A DNA stretch of 62,490 nucleotides, filler included, from Choristocarpus tenellus KU-1152 (Eukaryota > Protista > Phaeophyceae): the NCBI GenBank assembly GCA_964200185.2. It is 11 parts of 11 records of this genome, joined end to end, with 100 filler letters (N's around TTAATTAATTAA, not from the genome) between each part and the next. Parts side by side here need not be neighbours in the genome. Positions count along the whole stretch, not along the records: positions 49,001 to 53,531 come from CAXNAD020014125.1; positions 53,632 to 56,213 come from CAXNAD020026568.1; positions 56,314 to 62,490 come from CAXNAD020008753.1; 8 more parts are not named here. One strand, 5' to 3'. A program made the position numbers and the translations under genes. Position 1 is the first letter of the stretch. Each line of letters opens with the position of its first letter. Below are positions 52,487-62,490 of this stretch, piece by piece. The notes under the pieces are model-generated. The model saw only the letters and a list, made by a program, of their open reading frames with translations. It did no database searches and was not told the DNA's origin.

Positions 52487-53397
52487 GAGTGAAAGTATCT
52501 TAGAGGGTACGCATTTTGCCCTGTTTCTCCATTTGAGGCTTGGCTTCCCGTGGGGTTTTTTGTGACACTTTCCTACTCCAAAATGTTTTGGAGTAGTAGG
52601 TAAAATGTAAATGTTATGAAAAGGTATGTCCAGAACATGGACATTGATACTTCCTAACAAACAAGATGACCAAAATTATGTCCAAATCACAATGTTGGAT
52701 TTTGGCCCAAAAATGGACACGACTCTACCCTCTAAGATACTTGGGCTCTCTGTTTGTTGTCTGTTCGGGGTAAATTCCAATGTTGCGATTTTGATTAAAT
52801 TTTGGCTGTTGTGTATGTTAGGGAGTGTCAATATCCTTGTTCCATATACACCTTGTCATAACATAAATATCACCTACTCTAAATATTTCGGAGTATTAGG
52901 AAAATGTCTTTTAAAAAGACGTGGAAAGCCAAGCCCGAAACGGACAAACAGGGCAAAAATCGTACCCTCTAAGATACTTGGGCTCTCTGTTTGTTGTCTG
53001 GGGCAAATTCCAATGTTGCGATTTTGATTAAATTTTGGCTGTTGTGTATGTTAGGGAGTGTCAATATCCTTGTTCCATACACACCTTGTCATAACATAAA
53101 TATCACCTACTCTAAAATATTTCGGAGTAGTAGGAAAATGTCTTTTAAAAAAACGTGGGAAGCCAAGCCCCAAACGGACAAACAGGGCAAAAATCGTACC
53201 CTCTAAGATACTTGGGCTCTCTGTTGTTTGTTGTCTGTTTGGGGTAAATTCCAATGTTGCGATTTTGATTAAATTTTGGCTGTTGTGTACGTTAGGGAGT
53301 GTCAATATTCTTGTTCCATATACACCTTTTCATAACATAAATATTTCACCTACTCTAAAATATTTCGGAGTAGGAAAACGTCTTTTAAAAAAACGTG
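52487..53397. repeat. MITE family A copy (52487-52748) followed by an inverted, MITE-derived ~235-bp tandem array (~3 units)
   Basis: ccctctaagatacttgggctctctg recurs at 52728, 52965 and 53199. Confidence 0.9.
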
Positions 53398-53669
53398 TGA
53401 GAGAAAGATTGAATCCAAGATCAGGGACATGAGCGACATTCTGAAGGAGTATTTCTACCTCCTTGTTGTCACGTGAAGGAAACAAGATGATTAGATCACC
53501 ATGACCAGCAATGCTAAAAGAATTTTGGCTGNNNNNNNNNNNNNNNNNNNNNNNNNNNNNNNNNNNNNNNNNNNNTTAATTAATTAANNNNNNNNNNNNN
53601 NNNNNNNNNNNNNNNNNNNNNNNNNNNNNNNCACAAACCTCCCCCACCCCCCAGATACTTTGACCCTTT

Positions 53670-54075
53670 GACGTGATGTTTATTTGCTCAGGTTGTTTCT
53701 ATTTCAAATGGACACACACACCCTCCACCGTCTCGCCGCGCTTTGGAAATTGATGGCCTTTACCGTTCGACAGAACACATAAAATTCACTCATCACTGGC
53801 TGCCATATGTCAAGCACAAACCTGTGCATGATTGCCCCCCCGACATCCAACCCGGGTCAGCGTCTAAGTACCTTTCATGTTCACCTCTCACTTTCTCGGA
53901 TCGACGTAATGTTTTCCTGCTCAGAGGATTACTATTTCAAATCGACACACATGCACACCCAACAGTCTTGCCGCGCTTTGGATATTGATGGCATCTACCA
54001 TTGAACAGAACACATGAAATGCATTCATTATTGCCTGCCCTATGTCAAGTGCAAACCTGTGCATGATTGCCCTCG
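53670..54075 (+). repeat. Imperfect tandem duplication, period ~233 bp
   Basis: gacgt.atgttt...gctcag...ctatttcaaat.gacacaca...gccgcgctttgga.attgatggc...acagaacacat...aaacctgtgcatgattgccc at ~53670 and ~53903. Confidence 0.85.
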
Positions 54076-54273
54076 CTATATGTTACCTTGGTCGGCGCGT
54101 AAATCCTACCAGACTGCGTCCGATATTGGTGCATATTCATATTCATATTCATATTCATATTCATCCCATGTTGACCGGATTAGCAGTTTCATATTTCTTA
54201 GTAAATAGCGACCTTTGAGGAAAGCGTTACACCATCGTCATTTCCACGGCATCGCTACGCCCTTTTCATATCT

Positions 54274-54555
54274 GAGTGAAAGTATCTTAGAGGGTACAAG
54301 TTTTGGCCTGTTTGGACTCAAAGTATCTGGGAGGGGGTGGCGGCTGTCCATTTGGGGTCAATTTTTTCCTGTCGCGATTTTTGGGTTATTTGGTTGCATG
54401 CGTCGGATGGATACTGTATGTTATGAAAAGGTGTGTCCGCAACATGGATATTGACACTTCCTAGCAAACACGATAGCCAGAATTACATCCAAATCGTAAC
54501 ATCGGAATTTGGTCCCCAAATGGACGCGACTCTACCCTCTAAGATAATTTGGCTC
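54274..54555. mobile_element. MITE family A copy with ATCT TSD, carrying an internal family B terminus
   Basis: atct|GAGTGAAAGTATCTTAGAGGGTA...TACCCTCTAAGATAATTTGGCTC|atct; ctcaaagtatctgggagggggtgg lies inside at ~54318. Confidence 0.9.
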
Positions 54556-54756
54556 ATCTCGTTTGCATAGCCCACGCATGGACACAAACCCTGCACTCCG
54601 TAAAGATCCCGTCATCAAAAATCACATATTCCATCACTGTTCGTATAAGCCACCATTGATGCGCTCGGCTAACCATTGCATCCACCACTATGTCGATATC
54701 ATTCTTCTTTGCTGATACCGTTATCCTAACATTTTCCCCTCTACCTTAACGGACAG

Positions 54757-55983
54757 CCGACTGGAGGCCCGGGGACTCTTGAACACCAAAAGACCACAGA
54801 CCTGAGAACGTGGAACCTCAGCGCAACATGTACGATGGACCTTGCCACATCTGTCTTCTTGACACAGAGATACAACGCCAACCTTCTTGACAATGCTAGA
54901 GTCGAGTCCATGTTCTCGAAGCTGGGGCCGGACCCACAGGTTGCTGCCGATAGGTTTGCGGGGATCCTCAGTGAGCAGCCTTTTTCCCTGTGTGCTCCAG
55001 ATGGAAGACCATAAGCGACATCAAAGTCGACATGCGCAGGACAAACGTGTCCTCCAGTGTGCCAGACAGGGAACTGTTTGAATTATTACAACATCAATAA
55101 CAACTTGGTCGTGGACCATAATGGTGACGATAGGGAAATAGAGGACAACGACAATCTATTTTATTGTCTCAATGGACAACACCGCATTATGGTGTTGAGG
55201 GTGATCGAGTGCGTCACCAAGGAGGACAACGTCCCTTGTGGTATCAATCTCCCAGCCCATGTGACAAAGCGATGGGCCTCGGAATTAGGAGCAAACCTCC
55301 GGATGGCTAACCGCAGAAGCTTCATATGGAAGATATATCCACACTGCAGCCGGGAGAAGGCTAAATCAATCTCCACAAGAGAGAGCGTTGCAGCCAGCCG
55401 ATCGTACGTGCCAAACGTCCTAGACATATTCCATTGGAAGGTGTCTTGGGTTGCCACTATCCTGGAGTATAGGTGCGACTTCAGTTGCGACAGGTCGCAC
55501 CCCTACGTCCGGGAAACGGAAGAGGATCCTGATCGTCGCGCGCGCCTGGTGACACTGGTCACCAAGTGCAACCAGTACTGTCTAGGTGACATGGACTTCC
55601 GGAGTGCCGACTCCGCCTTACAGACGGCAGTGAAAAGGAGGGTAGCTGCAAAGATAAAGACATTCCTCAAAGAAGCTTGGGAGGACACACATATGGAAGC
55701 CGGTGTGAATTGACTCACTGACCAGACCTCCGTCCAATTCTTCAATGTCTACATATGCGCTGGAGAAGGTGAGATTCTCACGGCTCCTTCAACAGGAAAC
55801 GCTTCGTGAAACGATTTTGAAGCATCGCGTACCTTTCGTCCCATATATCCATCTTAATTTCGCGTCGGTGGTCCAACATACCTCATCCCTCTCTTCCCCT
55901 CACTACGTTCCACTGGAGACAAAAGAACTGGAGGAGATCCTTTTCGGTGTGTGGAGAGAGCACAAGAAGCACGACGGATCGAG
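54757..55983 (+). pseudogene. Second degenerate ParB/Srx-like (DGQHR-type motif) gene
   Basis: Exon 54757-54953 (QRYNANLLDNARVESMFSKLG), a 47-nt GT-AG intron, a frameshift near 55080, then LFYCLNGQHRIMVLRVI...IWKIYPHCSREKAKSISTRES; further stops or shifts after 55710. Confidence 0.55.
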
Positions 55984-57289
55984 TGTAAGCGTGATACACC
56001 TGTATCCACATTAGTACATCCAATACCCCATCACTAACGGTCCAACAACACCGTAGTAACCCCTGCCTTCCAATACTGAGCTTGAATTGACGTTTCATAC
56101 ATTGGTAATGCTATCGACCTTATGACAAACGCCATTACGGTCAAAGTATCTTAGGGGGGGGAGTGGTTTGTGAGGGGGCGTCCGTTTCGGCCAAACAACC
56201 CTTTTTTTGGCTGNNNNNNNNNNNNNNNNNNNNNNNNNNNNNNNNNNNNNNNNNNNNTTAATTAATTAANNNNNNNNNNNNNNNNNNNNNNNNNNNNNNN
56301 NNNNNNNNNNNNNTAATCTCTTGTTGTTTCTGTGTAGCAAGACTCACTTTTATTATTATTTTGAATATGTTTTATTTATTTTTTTTGGGGGGGGGCGGGG
56401 CTGTTCTGTTTTGTTCTGTTCTAGTAGTGAAAGGTATATGATGTAAATTGATAGATAGTTCATACCTGTCGCATTGTGTCTAGGAAGAGGTTCGTAGGCA
56501 CAGTAGTGTCCTTTCTCATCGAAGTCAGTTCATTATTATTTTATTATTTCTGGTTCAGGTTTGTTCTATACATTGCATTATTTATTATTGTTTCCAAATG
56601 AAGTTGGACCCCAAATTTTTATTGCAGGGTGTAGTTGTTTGAAATGTGTTTTTTTTAATAAAAACAATAAACATATTTTACCTTTATTTCTATATATATA
56701 CGTATATATCATCTAGTTCTAACCCTTCCCACCCATAGACACTCACACACACACACACACTGGCAGGACAATGGTTCTGAGATGTTTTATCGTGTGAGGG
56801 AGAAGTTGAGAAAAAGATATAAGAACGTTATTTTCAACGGGCCTTACCAGCACGCAATCGCCTCCACCATGTCTTGTCTGGAACTCCCAAAGTGGAGTGA
56901 TGAGGACAAGCTGGAGGCCATAGAGGGTGAGGTGATGGTCGATGTTAGGAAATAAAAAAATAATAGTAAACACAGAAGAGGATGCACACAAGGGTTAGGG
57001 AGGGAAGGTAGGGGAGGGGAGGGGAGGGGAGTATATGCGAGGAGATAGCATTAGTGTTTGAGGCGATGTTGGTAAGAAACTGAGACAGTAAAGAGGGTCC
57101 AATTGGTGATGTTGGTTTGATAATATACGACTCTGGTAGGGGTTGAATCAGCGGTACGTGAGTGTCTTGGTGCCTGCCAACAGAGGCTGCTGTTTATAGT
57201 GGTTGTGAGTGTGTCTGTGTCTGTCTGTCTGTCTGTGTGTCTGAGAACAAAAATAATAATAAAAAACTGTCTTGGGTCTGTCCAATCAG

Positions 57290-60200
57290 GTCCTGGAATA
57301 ACTCCTTCAGCATTGAAGGCGTTTATTCCTCGACTGTTGGGAATGACTCATGTGGAGATGCTGGTGCATGGGAATGCGGTTGCAGAGGAGGTGAGTGTTT
57401 TTTTTATTATTCTGGGAGTGGACCGGGGGGGAGGGGGAGGGGGAGGGGGGGGGGAGGGCCGGTTTTTTCAGACAAACTAGAAGCGTCAATTCCGGAAGTG
57501 TTTTAGAAGACAAAGGTGAAAATGACCTCTGTCTGGTGGGGTACCTTCAAAAACCAGAATATATATATATATATATATATATATTAGGGTTTTATTGTTC
57601 TGTTGAAGGCGGTTGCTTTACTATCTCAGAACTGAACAAAGGTAATGTCTGGTTTGGTGGAGGGTAGTCGGGGTGGTGATGTTCTCTCCAGTCTGGGACG
57701 GTCTGGATCTGATGGTGCCCAATTTTGGAAGTGAGAATTGCTTGTATTCTCCCTCCCTGGTTATGCATGCAATATCGCGATGGTGATGATGTTTAGCTGT
57801 TTACTAGCTGATCTTGTCTATATACTAAGTTAGAGGTAGGGTTTCCAATCAGAACTCCTTGGGAGAAGCTTGTGTCTTGTTTATTTTGTTTTTTTGTGAG
57901 TATGTATCTGAGAAAATAGAAGAAAAAAGTGATTAATAAAACTTTTTTTCAAGTCCCTCCCTTGTCATCGTAAATCACTTGTTATTAGTGTACGCAGAAT
58001 ATCGCCAGAAGATGTTTTGACGCACGCGAGATTAGGATGACATCAGAGGGGGAAAAAAAATGTGATAACAGTAGTGTACCTGGTAGGTTTGGAGCCTGAT
58101 GTCTAAGCTGTTGAAGGACTATTCAGTAGAGTGTGTACAGTGTGTTTTGAGTTGTTATTGTAAAGTAAAGTATAAGTATAAAATACCTTGGTTCTGAACT
58201 ACACAATGTTGATACTTCGTACGGTACTTGAGTATAGTGTCATGCTCTGATCGTGGTACCACAGTCTACCCCCTTGGGTGCATGCTTGGATTGTTTTGGC
58301 ATGAATCTACGTGGTATTTTAATAGGGTTAGGGTTAACACTGATAAAATCGTGCAGGTGCTGGTGCGGAGTGTTGTGGGGTTTTTTTTTTTTCTATGGTG
58401 GTGTAGTTAGTTGATTGTGGTATGGTAGCATGGTAGCATGGTAGTACAGTAGTACCTGCATGAGAAGCAGTTGCAGTGAGGGGGTGTAGAGTACCTCTCT
58501 CTGACCATTGGTTCGGGTAATCTCCAGACAAACATGGACATAACAGCTTAATAATAAAAAAATAGCGATTACTAATTTGTCTGCTCTCTTGTCCCCCCAG
58601 TGTGCCTCCATCCCCTCCCCCCAACTAACCAACTAACCCTAACCCTAACCAACCAATGGTAACAGGCGTTGTCATTGGCTACTGTGGTCATCGATGAGCT
58701 GGCTGCCCGACCCCTCCCTCTGGCGCTGAGGCCTGACTGCAGGGTGGTAGACTTGAGGGGTTATCAGAAGATCGCCCAGCCCCCCACCCCGCCAGGAGGC
58801 TCTGTTGATTCCGCCACCCCTGCTACAACAGCAAGAAGTGTAAGGAGGGGAAGCCTTTCGGGTAAGGATGCGAGAGGTATAGCCATGTTTCCAGAGTATA
58901 GGAAGGCGTTTTACTGTCCCAATCCAGAGGAGACAAACTCTGCAGTTGAGGTGTGCTATCAGGTAACTGTGTGGGGTGTTTGTTTGTGTTTATTTTTTAT
59001 TGTGTCAGTTTTTATGCTCAGTTCCAGATGAGAGGGATTCCGAAGTACCCAAGGCTTTTTTGATGACACCTTTTTTTATAGTTGTTTAATGTAATAGTTG
59101 GAGTGGTGTGGAAGGTACACCTTTTAGTGGACCGTTTCTTTTTTTTCGATGGGTGTTGGATGATGATGGGTGGCGTTCGGGTGATGGAGCGAGATGGCAG
59201 CGGAGGTTGCTTTTAGTGGGAGGTTTTTAATATGAAGTGAAAGTCACAGGTGTGGTGATGATGGTCTGCCTCAAAAGGAACTAAAAGGAACTCGGCAATT
59301 GGAGTTGTGAGTTGTGTCTGCCTCAAAAGGAACTCGGCAATTGGAGTTGTGAGTTGTGGTGGTGATACGAAGTATTGTAAAAATTCCTTGATTTTTTCGA
59401 AGTGTGAATGAGTGAAAAGTCAGTGAGGGGGGGAGGGGGGGGGAGGGGGGGGTCTTGGCTGCTTTGAGTTTTAAAAGTGGTTTTTCAACCTAATTTTAAG
59501 GGAGATGAAGGTATTTGATTCAAAAGAGGACAGGCATCTGTTTTGAAAGGGTAAGTTGACTTGGTGTTGATGGTGTTGATGGTTATGATGGTTATGGATT
59601 GGACAAAAAGGTGCAAGGTGAAATTACTCTGATTTTGACATGAGGGGACAGTTTGAACTGAGGATTGCAGCGATGAGAAGTTGAGGAAGGAGAAGAGTAA
59701 GTTGATCCTTAGTTTGGACAATGAAAAGGTGAAAAAATATTATAACTGTAGTAGGTGCTGTTACAAGCACTACTCATTGTTTGGAATGACATTCTAACCC
59801 TCCCTCCCTCCTCATCCAGTTATTAATTTTGCAACATGAAAGGCATAGTGTTTGTGTGGACTTGATGCTCTTTTTTTATATTTTTTGTTGCTGGAGCAGG
59901 TTTGCCTGGAAAATTCTGAGGAATGTGGGCTCCTTCAGCTTCTGGTTCACCTTGCCAAGGACAAGTGTTTCGATCAACTGCGGACTAAGGAGCAACTTGG
60001 GTAAATATCCTCCCATTGACCTCCCCCTCATTTGTTCATCTTTTTTCTTTTTTTTAAACTTTTCTCCTTTTGGGGGGGTGGGGGAGGAAGTTTCTGTTTA
60101 TTGTTTTTTTTTTAATTGAGTATGTATAGGTGAGTTCACACTCAGTGTTGGGATTGATTGATCGCACGGTTTTTTTAGATATTGAGTGGGCGTGTGATTT

Positions 60201-62439
60201 GAATGGATGTGGATGCTATCTCTCATTATTATTTATGGAAAATAAAAATTAAATAAAAGAAGTGTACTGTGTGGGCGGGGGGTAGTCAGGTGTATATTGG
60301 CTGCAGTTTATTTACTCTAGGGATGGGGGGCATAATGTGATCGCTGTTGAGTTTCACTTCTTCTGGGGGGTGATAACATAATGATAATAATAATAATAAT
60401 AATATTTTGATACTGAACCGAGAGTCAGTGTTCCACGAATAATAATAATATTATCATTGCTGTACATGCATTTGTTTTCGATTTATTATTTTTTCATTTT
60501 TTGGGGCATTTTGAAAAAAATAATAAATTGAAGAGGTGCAGTGCTGTGTGTAAAAAATATATAGTTTTTTTGTTGAGTTTGATCCTATTGTTATTATTAT
60601 TTTGTGTTGGTGGCAGTGATGGATGGGATGAGACCTGGCAATCAACCCTTTTTTTTGTTTTTTTGAGGGGGGTGAGGGGGGGGAAGTTCACTTTTCAAGT
60701 AATGATATCTTAGAAATGTTGATACTTTTTAAAGGTACGTGACGTCCATAGGGTCGGTCAGGTCTTGGGAAAGATTATTTAATTTATTGAGTGGATTATT
60801 TTTGTTTTTTTCTCTTGTATGTCTTTTGTTGCGATTTGATTGGTTAAAAATATACTAAAGTATAAGTCTCCCTCTTACTTTCCTTTTTGACCACAGCTCT
60901 CGGAACCCTCAGACTAATGTGAGGCATAATAATAATAATGTGTTATCTGTAGTATGTACCACTGGTCATTCTGATTCCACACAGTTGAAGTCAGTCCCCT
61001 CTCTGTGTGATCAAATGTGTTCCTGTCCCTTCTCTCTTTTTTCTTTTTTTTATTCTTTTGTGTCTTGTCTGTTACAGGTACTTGGTCTGGAGTGGGGAGT
61101 CCGTGCATGGGGGTTATATTCACAATGTTCGATTCATAATACAATCAAATGAGTACAGCCCGTCATACCTTGATGCCAGGGTGGAGGCGTTTCTCAAGGG
61201 ATTCCGGAAGGTGTGTGTGGTACTGCATACAGTATGAAGTGATTGTGAGGTGTGGGGGAGGGGGGTGGTTTAGCCGCCACTCTACAGCTGTTGTTGCTTT
61301 GGTGATAGTGCTTTTATCGTGTTTTAATTGTACTTGTTACTCGTACTCATACAGAGTTGGGTTGGTTGAGGATGAACATGTTACAATGATTAATCCATAA
61401 AGTGTCGAGGGTGGATATGCGCAATATTTGTGAGGATGGCTCTCGCTAGTGTAGAGTGTAGAGTACCTCTGAGCGTGCTGTTGGCACAGTGCATCCAGGC
61501 GACAAACTCTCTTGTTCATCTGGAATGTATGCGGGGGTCTAAGTAGTACATGCCCTGGGTGGAATCGTGAGATGTGACCGGATTGTGGGGCATGGTGGTG
61601 CTGTTGCTCTCTCTCCCATACGGTGATACCAAGAACATGTGTATCGGGATGCTGCACATCGAACTTTCATGAGGAGCTGTCCCTTCTCACGTCGAATACC
61701 CTTGGTCTTCCGTTTTGTTTGAGTACTCATACTCCCCTGTCCATCCTTTTTGCATTCATGAAATGCTGTCAGTTACTGAATGAGCTATAGCTCCTTTGTT
61801 AACTTCTGACCATCTCTTTTGCAGTTCAGTTCAATACAACCCTGTCCCTGCCCCCCATCCCCATCCCCATCCCCATCCCCACTCACAAGACCATGCTGTA
61901 CCTTGCCCTGATGAGGGGCCCTCTCTGTGCCTCCTCCCCTTTTCATCCATCTCATCTCATCTCATCTCATTTTTGTATTATTTTTGCAGACGCTGATGGC
62001 GCTCACGCTGAAGGAGTTCAAGAAGAATGTGATGGCGGTTGTCGATCGTCTGCTGGAAAAGGACAAGAATCTCTCTGAGGAAACTTCTCGGTACTGGGAT
62101 GAAATCAGCTCCAGGACATACCGCTTTGATCGGGCTAAGGAGGAGGCGTCCGCGGTCCGTTCGTGTACCAAATCCGGGATGTTGTCGTTCTTGGACCTGC
62201 ACCTGCTCCCGGGGGGGGCAGGGCGAAGAAAGCTGTCGGTGTGGGTGCATGGGAACCAACACCCTGTGGATGAGGTGGAGGAGGCACACAGTGGTGTTGT
62301 TGGGGCGGTTGAGAAGGTGGAAGAAACAGGAGATGTTGTTGTACATGTGGGTAACTACGCAGAGTTCAAGAGGTCGATGCCGCTGTACCCCCTGCACACT
62401 CCCCCGAAGGTGGTGGTGGTGGGGTCATCGGAGGGCTGA
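57290..62439 (+). CDS. Insulin-degrading enzyme-like M16A metallopeptidase, last 5 exons
   Basis: Exons 57290-57390, 58666-58962, 59900-60000, 61078-61210, 61990-62439 are phase-compatible. Motifs: HVEMLVHGN, NPEETNSAVEVCYQ, CFDQLRTKEQLGYLVWSG, RFIIQS...PSYLDARVEAFL, LLEKDKNLSEETSRYWDEI..RTYRFDR, RRKLSVWV, FKRSMPLYP. Confidence 0.93.
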
Positions 62440-62490
62440 TTTGGGGAGGGGGGAAGGGGTATAGTGGACACTGGAGTTGCGGGCAGGGGG

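Noticed and set aside
51727-54757. Divergent two-gene ParB cassette
   Set aside because: An artificial spacer at 53532-53631 separates the genes, so linkage is unproven

Overview
Eukaryotic, intron-rich nuclear DNA from a fragmented draft assembly. It is probably a photosynthetic stramenopile close to brown algae (inference from TTAGGG-type repeats, a bipartite-like targeting exon and gene content). The window is 11 short contigs joined by artificial 100-nt spacers (44 N + TTAATTAATTAA + 44 N), so adjacency across spacers is not biological evidence. I reconstructed spliced genes by hand, mostly partial: a UPF0652/DUF2009 protein, a mitochondrial gamma-carbonic anhydrase head-to-head with a patatin-like phospholipase, a SET-domain (SMYD-like) methyltransferase, a GYG-pore voltage-sensor K+ channel, an insulysin-like M16A peptidase and three unknown proteins. 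There is also one tRNA-Ala(AGC). Mobile DNA is abundant: two related MITE families with GRG-starting TIRs and 4-bp TSDs (Sola2-like), plus remnants of mariner, hAT, Gypsy and non-LTR elements. The most unusual signal is two unrelated, intron-containing, recently decayed genes with ParB/Srx-like (D/N)GxHR motifs (49.4-51.7 kb minus, 54.8-56.0 kb plus), each next to structured repeats. They may be cargo of an uncharacterised mobile element family. All family assignments come from motif recognition; no database search was run.
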